Assembly (NCBI GenBank): GCA_964035545.1
Contig: OZ037768.1
Location: 558,001 to 622,000, forward strand
Direction of reading: 5' to 3'
Source of the DNA: Bugula neritina
Lineage: Eukaryota > Animalia > Bryozoa
Length of the DNA: 64,000 bases
Part shown: positions 53,901-64,000 of the stretch, piece by piece
Numbering within the stretch: position 1 is the stretch's first letter
How the letters are laid out: each line of letters begins with the position of its first letter
Notes under the pieces: generated by a model
Seen by the model: only the letters and a program-made list of their open reading frames with translations
The model's database searches: none
Told to the model about the DNA's origin: nothing
Position numbers and translations under genes: made by a program

Positions 53901-56900
53901 TGGAGATGAGAGATGGGAGATAATGTGTATGGAAGAAGCGAGTGAATGAGGAGAAGAGAGAGGTTTGGCCAGGAAACCATGTCTGGGAACAATAACGCAG
54001 ACGTCATAAATTGGCAGAACTCTCCCACTGCCCGATTATTTCAATTATATGAGTATCACAGAGCACAGCAGTGTTTTTACATAATTTCTGTTAAATTCTA
54101 TGCAAATACAGAGAAGCTGACCAACTAATTGTTATTCGATGCTCCATATCCTGGAGCCTGGCACTTTCCCTCCTAGCAGACTCCTTCTAATCACTAATTA
54201 ATGGAAAAATATGGATTTTTCTAGCGTGTTGACTGCATGCAGGAATGTCAATAAGCACTGTGAATTAATTTCAGCCACAGCTCTCACTTTCGGCCAAATG
54301 TTTCAAGATTTAATAAAAATCCACCCAAAAGATGCACCAATTCGCAGGAAACAGTGTTAGGCCGTCACTAGATTGTGCTTTGAAACATTTGCCAAACATT
54401 CTAGAATAGTCCGAACCCTACAGAATACGGAGAATGTATAAACTGATGAACTGGGATTGCTATAGCTCCACCGAACAGCTGAAAGCTACTATTGATAGAC
54501 GATTACTGTATTCCAGAGAACTGCAGCTTATAGTCTGCAGGTATAGACTGAGCACATTCTTTACACGTCTGCAGCAAGTCATGTGACCAGGAAGGACAGG
54601 AAGAGTGGGGACAGTCTAACGCACTAATACTATTTAATCAGCTTGATTCAACTCTGAAACAATAACTAATTAGTGGAACAGAAAGAAGGAGCCTTGCAGG
54701 TCAAATGAGTTATTAATTAGAGTTGAGACTTCATTACTTACTGAAGTGAGAGTAATTTCCCTCACTATGTGTGTGGTGATGTGACATGACTTGGGAAAGT
54801 GAAGCAACCAAAAATATACATTTTACAAAATTTACCGCTTTACTAAGACTTTAAATTTTACAAATAGTTGATTAACATTTCACTGTATATAAAAATGCCA
54901 AATAAAAGTTGAATTTTATTTCTGAAGTGGGGGCAACTTCAAATATAAGTAACGACACCATGTGATCATATTTACCAATATAAACATACATGTGTTTTGA
55001 AAATTTCTTTTAAAAAGACTTTGAACATCTTTTATTTGCAATAGTATGAAATTCTGTGCTTCTGTGTCCAAAACGTTGTGTCACATCACAACATTATGAC
55101 ATTACAATGTCATGTCACATCACAACGTCATGTCACATCACAACATCATGTCACATCACAACGTCGCACCAGACAGCTCAAAGCTGACGTACTGGTGTTT
55201 GCGGTGACACTGCCTAACCGAAGTATCTCTATATTTGTACAACAAAGACTTACTCTTCCAGCGTTTGAACTCTGCCTCCACGTTCCTTGCCAGCTGCTGC
55301 TTATCCTCCCCGGGCACGTGGTTCTGGAGATAGAACTCTTGTATGAGAGGAGGGAAAGTTTGAAGGGTGTGGGGGGACCAGCTGTGCGGGGTGTGCTCAA
55401 AGACCTTGCGGAGTAAACTCACACACCAAGTTCCTGTTTGACCAGAGTCGCCTGCATACGTTCAGTCAGCAGGTAATATGTGTAAGTCAGCAGGTAATAT
55501 GTGTAAGTCAGCAGGTAATATGTGTAAGTCAACAGGTAATATGTGTAAGTCAGCAGGTATGTTAGGACACCGCTGACACAACTTACAGAGTGTTGACACA
55601 ACTTACAGAGTGCTGACACAACTTACAGAGAGCTGACACAACTTACAGAGTGCTGACACAACTTACAGAGTGCTGACACAACTTACAGACAGTGCTGACA
55701 CAACTTACAGACAGTGTTGACACAACTTACAGACAGTGTTGACACAACTTACAGAGAGTGCTGACACAACTTACAGACAGTGTTGACACAACTTACAGAC
55801 AGTGTTGACATAACTTACAGACAGTGTTGACACAACTTACAGACAGTGCTGACACAACTTACACAGTGCTGACACAACTTACAGACAGTGCTGACACAAC
55901 TTACAGAGTGCTGACACAACTTACAGAGTGCTGACACAACTTACAGACAGTGTTGACACAACTTACAGACAGTGTTGACATAACTTACAGTGTTGACACA
56001 ACTTACAGAGTGCTGACACAACTTACAGACAGTGCTGACACAACTTACAGACAGTGCTGACACAACTTACAGACAGTGTTGACACAACTTACAGACGGTG
56101 TTGACAGCCCGAGCTAGTGTCAGCACGAGAATCTTGTTGAGCTCCTCAGAATCCTGAGAGACGATGGAGAATTTCTTCTCCCCGATGCTGCGGAACACCT
56201 GCTGCTGCACCTCCAGGTTGCCCAGAGACAGCAGGAGACACATGGCAGCGTTCTCATACCTGGTAAGAAAACATGCTGTATTCAGGTAAATTACTATGAA
56301 GAGATATATATGCTAGTGTTGGGTATTTCAATATAATCTACAAATAGTAAACTACAGTGAGAGCTAATGGTATGTCACATTCAACTAGTTATATATTTCT
56401 GAGAGAATTATGTTGAAGTAACACAAGTTCAAGTTGAATTCTACTTCTTTATAAACAGCTAAGTATTTATATAATTTAAAATAGGTAACAGATAAAACTA
56501 TATACTGGGCATGACTTTTCTAAGTCAATACACACTCAAACACACCAGCCATCAACATATTATATATATTATTATAATCAACATCAACACAACTGCTAAC
56601 TTCGTCATAAAATTAAACACATGTTATTACATTTTATTATTGAAAGGTTTGGAGACTAACTTATGAAAAATGCAACGATTCTGCTATAGCTAGAGATGAC
56701 AATTGGCAGAAAGCTGGTTATAGTGGACCTGTACTGAGTGAGGACATCTAATCTAGGACGACGTATGCACTGAGTTTCCATGTGCTAATGAAGTTGTACC
56801 CAACTAGACTTTCAATTGTCATAGCAAATCCCCAATTTACTAATCGGAAGTAGAGATGCGCACAGAGCCAGGTTCAACAATGAAATTCCTACAGAATTAG

Positions 56901-59900
56901 AGGTTTAAAGGAAAAAATAGCCTTCAAGAAGTAACAGTAATACCCATTGTCTGACAGGTCTAATACAATAGAAATAATGCAGCTAATTACACCCAGCTTC
57001 GACATGCCTTTGAAAGTTTTTTGCATGAAATCCTCACATTTTGGACATCCTGCCTTCACATAAAGGATAAAGTAGTGAGATATTGTTTGAAGGTACTACA
57101 CCCAGGAGCAGATGATGCAGTGGTCAGCAGGCTGGTAAATGGTAGATTGTGAGGGTATCTAATAGCTGTACTGGAACACCTGCTAGCCACTAGGCAGGGG
57201 CTAGTCTACACCTGTACAATCATGTGACACACAGCAAGGGGACAGTCACAATGTTATAGTCACACGATCACAGCTTTTTTTTCAATCAGGGATTTTTCAA
57301 ATATTAATGCGAATTTCTAGAATATCTTGTTGGCCCAATGATAAAATTGGAAAACAACCTGAAGAGCTGAGAAAATGCAAATTATATTAAAACTTGCCAC
57401 TGCGGATTAGAATTCTGTGCCTAATGTACAAAAACTTAGAAAACTTGGGTTTTCATGGCCTTAGACTAGGGGACGGGAAGAAAAGTACAGAAAGCTGAAA
57501 TCATGCACCAACTTTCCGTAGGAAACAAAAAACGGTCCATTTTTTGCAGTAAACCTACATTTCCTTTAGTAGGAGCTTTTAATAATATTCAAAATTGTCT
57601 TCATTCTCTAACTTGTTTTATTAAGTCAACAAACTATCTCAAACCTTTAAACAGATTCAGTTTAATAAGACACTTGCATAGCATATGGAGTTATACAAAA
57701 TTCACACGTTTACTATCTAAAGGGCAAAGAATCACACAGCAGTAGTTCCAGGTGTATTGAGTTTGTTTTCTTTCATTTGGGGATGGATGAGTCATAGGCA
57801 GCAAACATCTACTAAAGCAGGGGCAGTGTACACAGGGCACTTGCCCCCACCTTGTCAAACATTGTATTACAGTTTACACAAACCCCTCCGGAACAATGCT
57901 GCAGTCAATAGCAAGTAGTAAATATCTTTCAACATAAAGAGGGTCCATAAACAAAGTCTGTAAGGTATTTCCCAATCAGAGCACAAATAATTAACTTGTA
58001 GACTCAGTAATATTGCAGGAAGTGAGCAAGCAGCTTTCAGGCACACTGAGTGAATTACGTAACACTGAGATTGGCCCCAGTTCAAACTCAACAGTGCTAC
58101 CTGAATATATGCCTCAATCTATTCGTAGAGGAAGTCTCAAGAAATTGCATAATATTTTGTTTGTGCTGAGAATTGACTGGGAAATCTGACGGAATATGTT
58201 GAGGTAAGCCAGCTAACTTCCACTATTCAGTTACCTGTACACCTCAGTTACTTGAATAATCGTACTTAATATACAGGTAGGTATACCTTATGTACAGGTA
58301 GGTACACCTGATATACAGGTAAATATACCTGATGTACAGGTAGGTATACCTAATATACAAGTAAATACACCAGACATACAGGTAAGTATACCTGATATTC
58401 AGGTAAATATACCTGATGTACATATGGTTGTGGTTGAAGTTGACGAGCTCGTCTAGTAGACAGCTAAGAATCTTCATGCGATAGTGAGGCTGCATGTGAA
58501 TGAGTCGGTAGATGGCCACTTCTAGGAGGGTGTGGATTACAGGTAGACATTTGGAGCTGACAATTGATGGGAGAATGTTACCTGCGAGATATAACATCAC
58601 GTCTCAGGCTACAAACTTACTTAGTCTATCGTATGATGCAAATACTAGGATAGAGCAAATGGTAGGGTAGAGGATATGGTAGGGTGGAGGATATGGTAGG
58701 GTAGAGGATATGGTAGGGTAGAGGATATGGTAGGGTAGAGGATATGGTAGGGTAGAGGATATGGTAGGGTAGAGGATATGGTAGGGTAGAGGATATGGTA
58801 GGGTAGAGGAAATGGTAGGGTAGAGGATATGGTAGGGTAGAGGATATGGTAGGGTAGAGGATATGGTAGAGGATATGGTAGGGTAGAGGATATGGTAGGG
58901 TAGAGGATATGGTAGAGGATATGGTAGGGTAGAGGATATGGTAGGGTAGAGGATACGGTAGGGTAGAGTAAATGGTAGGGTAGAAGGATGGACACTTAAA
59001 TGAGGAAGTTTTTGCTTTATGCAGTCACAGAAAATTATTAGAGTTATTATAGATAAATAAACAATTTTTAAATGTCATTTTGAAATAGTTGAATAGAGAT
59101 AAAAAGTATATGAAACCAGAATTCCAGTAATAATTTAGTGGATTAAACCATTTGCTTGCCAAAAACTGTAAAGATGAGTAGAATTTGAAGACGTGCAGAG
59201 GTAGAGGTAGCGTGGGAGCACAAAGTATGAACACACAATTATTAATTTCCGCATATACAATCAGCTACTCTGTTGACGTACAACTCTAGGTAAACACCAT
59301 TTAAAGACTTACAACACAATTTAGAGTGAGACAAACAGACAGACAATGCCTGTTTTGATGAGTAATGACCAACTAATCTTCATATTACAAATAGCTGAAG
59401 AGATCAATTAATTTAGCCGCTATTATTTCATAGTATGTTTATTATTTACTTCATAGTATGTGGGTATCTAGGGTATCTAGGGTATCGTACGTCCCTCCAC
59501 TTACTCACAAATGTCTTGATACCAAACGTCTGTTCTATCTCCGTGTAGACCAGGGCCCTAGAGAACGTCTCTATCAATGCGGGGGAGAGAGCCACCTGCG
59601 ACTGTTTCTGTACCTGTGCTTCCATCTTGCCAAACAGTTGTTTGATCAGCCTACGCATTCCATACACACACTATTTCACATTACTATTACTACTTCACAT
59701 TACTATTTTACATTACTACTACTATTTCACATTACTATTACTATTTCACATTACTATTACTATTTCACACTACTATTATTACTATTTTATTGGTGTGGAG
59801 GACACAGCAGTGTCATACGACAAAACCCTCCAGATTCACTCCAAATTCAGAAGTAAAATAAGTGCTGGGACAAACACAGCCTGTGTCTTCCGAAAAAACC

Positions 59901-62900
59901 CTCCCTTCTCGCCAGACTAAAACAATTTTAGCTAATTGAAGAACTTAGTCTACGCAAAGTTTTCCCATTGTTATAGCTGAAAACTACATGTTTTAGTCTA
60001 AACCAAGTAGATTTTTGATCCACATAGCAGTTTTATCTGTGAATTGAGGCTAAAAGAGTAAAATAGTCAGACTCATTTCTTTCAGAGAAATTCTATTTGA
60101 ATGAGCAGAGAAAAGACAAGCCAGCATGTCAACAGACTAAACCTTTTCACAGAGAGTATATATAAACTGATTGTAGGTTTGTAGGTTTAAATAGAGAACA
60201 ATGTTATAACAAATAGGATAACGAGAGTTGTCTTTTCTCTACATCGTTTGGTTCTTGTTAAATATAAGTATAAACTTTACAACTAGGACCAAAGGCTATA
60301 TATATCTTAGTATGAACAGAGAGTATATATAAAGGAGTAACTTACAGTGAACAGAGAGTATATATAAATGAGTAACTTACAGCGAACAGAGAGTATATAT
60401 AAAGGAGTAACTTACAGTGAACAGAGAGTAAATATAAAAGAGTAACTTACAGTGAACAGAGAGTATATATAAATGAGTAACTTACAGTGAACAGAGAGTA
60501 TATATAAATGAATAACTTACAGTGAACAGAGAGTAAATATAAAAGAGTAACTTACAGTGAACAGAGAGTATATATAAATGAGTAACTTACAGTGAGCAGA
60601 GAGTATATATAAGGGAGTAACTTACAGTGAGCAGAGAGTATATATAAGGGAGTAACTTACAGTGAGCAGAGAGTATATATATACATGAGAGACTTACAGT
60701 GAACAGAGAGTATATATAAATGAGTAACTTACAGTGAGCAGAGAGTATATATAAGGGAGTAACTTACAGTGAGCAGAGAGTATATATATACATGAGAGAC
60801 TTACAGTGAGCAGAGAGTATATATAAGGGAGTAACTTACAGTGAACAGAGAGTATATATAAATGAGTAACTTACAGTGAGCAGAGAGTATATATATACAT
60901 GAGAGACTTACAGCATCTTAGTGTGAACAGAGAGACAGTCCAGCATCTCTACGCTCATTGGCTCAGTGTTCAAGTAACAAGCCACTCCGTGCGGCAGCTT
61001 AGTCTGCATGTTCACATTCATCATGGAGTCAGTGATGTAGTTGAGTAGAGCTGGCATTGCCTTCTCATTGGAGCTGACTATACAGTAGAATATTACATAA
61101 TATAATATTATATAATATTATATAATATAATATTATATAATATATTATATAATATAATACATACTATAACATAATATAATATAATATTATATACTATAAT
61201 ATTATATTATAATATAATACTGTTGAATGATCACCTTACGAAACATAAAATACTGATAGTAATGCATATATAGTAAGCTCTATTATATAGTAATAGTTTA
61301 ATAAATGATAGTACTACTAGTACTATTACTACTAGTACTAGTAATAGTTCTAGTACTACTAGTACTATTACTAGAAGAGTAGAGCGAGTAAGTTGACTCA
61401 CAGGCATTGCAGAGTGTAGCCAGCTTAAAGTCACAGATGACAGGACCGGGAGTTTTCTGCCCTTGAGTGTACTGTGGTAATGCTCCATTGAGAAAACTGA
61501 AAATATACGTAAAACAGATGAAGAAATCGGAGAACAAGTTTTAGTAAACAAAAAAATTTACTTTAGGGTCGAAATATGGTCACGAACAAGCATACAAACA
61601 CGCAAAGTTACAACATGACATAGCAATGCCCTGGCAGCGCTGGAATGCTGCCATTTTGTAGAATACTTGATGATAGGCACTCGAGACTGTCTACTCGAGA
61701 CTGTCTACTGGAGACTCTCTACAGGAGACTGTCTACTCGAGACTGTCTACTCGAGACTGTCTACTCGAGACTGTCTACTCGAGACTGTCTACTCGAGACT
61801 GTCTACTCGAGACTGTCTACTCGAGACTGTCTACTCGAGACTGTCTACTAGAGACTGTCTACTCGAGACTGTCTACTAGAGACTGTCTACCGGAGACTGT
61901 CTACTTGAGACTGCAGTAAACAAAACTATAGTTTGTTGGGCAGAGCTGCTACTACAGCATACTGTGTGTTACAGACTGCAGTGTTATACTGTACTATGCC
62001 GTAATACATAGCAAACACACTCCTTGCAGAGAGAAGTTGTCTACTGTACATAAAAATGAACTTTAAAATGTTTTTGACTTGTATTTAAAAACAGAAACCC
62101 GATAACTTACTCAAATATATTTTATGTCAAAACAAAACCTCAACACTTGGATTCCAGCCAACACAACTATGGATGTAAAACACAAGAAGATGGGCATGGC
62201 GTTTAGATACATGATTCAGTTCCATTGTATTCTAACAGAGTATTTCAACCCTAACTACGAGGCGTTATCATACAGGAGAGCACAACTCCGCATCAACAAG
62301 TTACTAGAGACTAACGTGAGCTGAGAGCGAAGGATGCTGGGCATGGGTCTGATCTTGTTCTCTGCCAGCTGTACCGTCTTCTTCTGCAGGTGGGCCCACA
62401 TGCACGTGACGGCGCAGCTGATCACAGAGTGGGCGGACGAGAAATCCGGAACAGGAAGTGGAGTTGTCTCAGGGTAAAGCTGGTCGTAGATTCGTATGAA
62501 GGTGATGTAACTGTAGGCATCGACTGGTTTAGCAACTCCAAACAAACACTGTAGTATCATCCAGATGAGGTGGTCCCGGGAACAGCCTGGCGGTACAGTC
62601 TGGCTATCCAACTGGCAACATAACAAGTCCTTGTAACTGCTAGCCACACCCTTACTACTAGCCACACCTCTTACTACTAGCCACACCCCTTACTACTAGC
62701 CACACCCCTTACTACTAGCCACACCCGTTACTACTAGCCACACCCCTTACTACTAGCCACACCCCTTACTACTAGCCACACCTCCTACTACTAGCCCCAC
62801 CCCTTACTACTAGCCACACCTCCTACTACTAGCCACACCTCTTACTACTAGCCACACCCCTTACTACTAGCCACACCTTGTACTGCATACAACACTTGTT

Positions 62901-63994
62901 ATTAGAAATAAGTAAATCTATTTTTTTATTCAACGACACGCTTTGAATGTTCTGAAATATTAGAATCTCAATCTTCTACTTGATGGGATGACAATCGAAG
63001 TAACTACACAATATTATTAGAAAATGTGAAATCATTGCTTATTATTGAATATTGATATATTAATAGAATCTAGTGTCAGATAAGAGTTGAATAAGTAACG
63101 CAGGTAAAGAAATACCTTCTTGAATAACTGCATCAACATGTGCGGCAGGTGAACCATATTCCAGAGAACAAAGAAGATGATGTGTGACGTAATGTTGTGC
63201 CATCGTATGTTTGGCATTACAGCTGAACAGCTGGCCAGTTTAGACTGACACTGTGTGAGGTGTATGACGTGTTCACAGAGCTGGTCCTCTAACTCAGAGT
63301 ACCTGCTCTTGGTGTCTTCCTGGGACTACAACACAGTACTAATCACAGTAACTACACAGTACTAGTCAGAGTAACTACACAGTACTAGTCACAGTAACTA
63401 CACAGTACTAGTCACAGTAACTACAGTAACTAGTGGTTACAGAATAGTAACAGCTTACCTTCAGAAGAAAAGGTTCAAGATTGGTTGTGCAACAATTGAA
63501 CAAAGCGCTACATCTCTGTACATAAGATGAGAATTATTCCAACACTCACTTTTACCATGTACAAGCATACTTACCTTTATATTATGAACAAGTACACTTA
63601 CCTCTCTGCTATACAAGTATCACCCTTACCTTTCTGTTATATATCAGTATCCCAGTCATAAAATCCACAGAGTACGCATGAGTGAAGATGTGGCGAACCA
63701 GTTTAGTTGAAGATTTGTCCTACAACAGGAAATGATGTCATATATTCTAGTGCCGTAAACGACTCACTCTACCGATAGGACAGGATAGTGCAGATTCCTA
63801 AAGAGACTTACTCTATCAAAAGGAAGGGGGGCATTGTTAGGATAGCGTAGGTTCCTGAGATCCAGTCTCCAGGCATAAGCGTTGATATTCGAGTGACCAA
63901 TCACGGGCCGGAGCTGTGGGAGACTCGGGATAGTCACGATCTGAACTGTGGGGCGAAACGACTGAGTAAACTCAGCCAGAATCTTTCCAAACGC
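38955..63994 (-). CDS. MED23: Mediator of RNA polymerase II transcription subunit 23; 24 exons in window (about 1155 aa), 5' part off the right edge
   Basis: Exons 63994-63812, 63719-63630, 63325-63116, 62611-62316, 61496-61402, 61077-60912, 59650-59505, 58581-58413, 56259-56093, 55451-55254, 53612-53546, 52809-52756, 52160-51980, 50818-50651, 49969-49850, 48733-48622, 48162-48064, 46335-46210, 44216-44051, 42966-42795, 41712-41594, 40022-39902, 39382-39297, 39111-38955 (3468 nt, one open frame). Motifs RDHLIWMILQ, ALSPALIETFSR, SEELNKILVLTLARA, HTPHSW, PVTYLYNTLHYY, DWRFTEF, WMNAIALIITALPEPYW, GPFLQRFQQER, RLRFIAH. Confidence 0.93.
39112..39296 (-). other. U12-type GT-AG intron of MED23 (last intron), 185 nt
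   Basis: Donor TT|GTATCCTTT (39296-39288). Branch TTCCTCAAC (39133-39125) about 12 nt before CAG|. Joins MDSICDF to FYHIKY in frame. Confidence 0.85.
39368..39895 (-). repeat. 44-bp x12 minisatellite containing the acceptor of the penultimate MED23 exon
   Basis: Sense unit TATATACATTGTATATTATATTATATTACAG|CTAACTATAGAAC; fills intron 39901-39383. Confidence 0.95.
42300..42582. repeat. Degenerate (ACTTACACATATCT)n repeat, MED23 intron
   Basis: Direct reading. Confidence 0.85.
43911..44040. repeat. Polypurine (GA/GGGAGA)n tract just after a MED23 donor
   Basis: Direct reading. Confidence 0.9.
44217..46209 (-). other. U12-type (minor spliceosome) AT-AC intron of MED23, 1993 nt
   Basis: Donor G|ATATCCTTT (46209-46201). 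Branch-site-like TTTCTTTGAC (44240-44231), then AC| at 44218-44217. This junction joins ...CLVD to VMTD...DWRF in frame. Confidence 0.88.
45735..46140. repeat. 44-bp minisatellite, about 9 copies, inside the AT-AC intron
   Basis: ATAATATAACATGTCAATATATCTGTAATACTACTAGATAAGTT. Confidence 0.93.
47204..47533. repeat. 55-bp x6 minisatellite, MED23 intron
   Basis: CTCCTCATCTGTACAGTGCTACAGTGCTAAGCATCTCATACTAAGTGCTATAGCT. Confidence 0.93.
48490..48645 (-). repeat. About 32-bp x5 degenerate repeat containing a MED23 donor
   Basis: Sense CTCTCTGTCCTGTACAAATATCATG|GTTGGT, repeated. Confidence 0.85.
49130..49840. repeat. 12-bp purine-rich array (GAGAAGAGGGTA)n just after a MED23 donor
   Basis: About 700 bp; source of the spurious 310-aa and 251-aa ORF tails. 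Confidence 0.95.
51755..51965. repeat. 21-bp repeat (GTAGATGTAGAGGTGGGASAG) just after a MED23 donor
   Basis: Direct reading. Confidence 0.88.
52955..53535. repeat. Two abutting minisatellites: 20-bp GTAGTACCGGGCCTGTGATA (52955-53345) and 17-bp GTAGATATACAGTACGT (53345-53535)
   Basis: Fill most of MED23 intron 53545-52810, starting beside the donor. Confidence 0.93.
55464..56105 (-). repeat. 21-bp repeat (55464-55560) plus 20-22-bp x~25 minisatellite containing a MED23 donor (55571-56105)
   Basis: Sense unit GTCARCACTGTCT|GTAAGTTGT. Together they fill intron 56092-55452. Confidence 0.94.
58262..58420 (-). repeat. 21-bp x~7 degenerate repeat containing a MED23 donor
   Basis: Sense TACATCAG|GTATATTTACCTG, repeated. 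Confidence 0.85.
58661..58985. repeat. 17-bp purine-rich minisatellite (GGTAGGGTAGAGGATAT), about 19 copies
   Basis: Direct reading. Confidence 0.94.
60312..60912 (-). repeat. 35-37-bp x17 minisatellite carrying the MED23 donor motif CT|GTAAGT in every unit
   Basis: Sense unit GTAAGTTACTCATTTATATATACTCTCTGTTCACT. Confidence 0.95.
61679..61912. repeat. 14-bp minisatellite (ACTCGAGACTGTCT), about 16 copies
   Basis: Direct reading. Confidence 0.94.
62636..62878. repeat. 19-bp minisatellite (ACTACTAGCCACACCCCTT), about 13 copies, next to a MED23 acceptor
   Basis: Direct reading. Confidence 0.93.
63332..63432. repeat. About 22-bp repeat (CACAGTACTAGTCACAGTAACT) abutting a MED23 acceptor
   Basis: 4-5 copies. 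Confidence 0.85.
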
Positions 63995-64000
63995 CTGCAA

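Overview
This is AT-rich, intron-rich animal (probably invertebrate) nuclear DNA, not prokaryotic. I assembled five spliced genes by hand with consistent exon phases: FAM120-family (minus, 3' end runs off the window), ARV1 (minus, complete), TRMT6 (plus, complete, head-to-head with ARV1), PDE7 (minus, complete) and MED23 (minus, 5' end off the window). Family calls rest on recalled motifs, not database searches. Almost all long ORFs in the supplied track are translations of minisatellites. Highlights: (1) Dozens of unrelated minisatellites sit against exon-intron junctions, and at least seven are built from the junction itself. They give arrays of 3-25 near-identical splice sites; wherever I checked the frame, only the exon-adjacent copy is productive. 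(2) MED23 has two minor-spliceosome (U12) introns, one AT-AC and one GT-AG. (3) A 965-bp fully palindromic hAT-like element with an 8-bp TSD has identical inner arms but diverged outer arms. (4) PDE7 retains the twin RRxAISF PKA-pseudosubstrate N-terminus of vertebrate PDE7A1.
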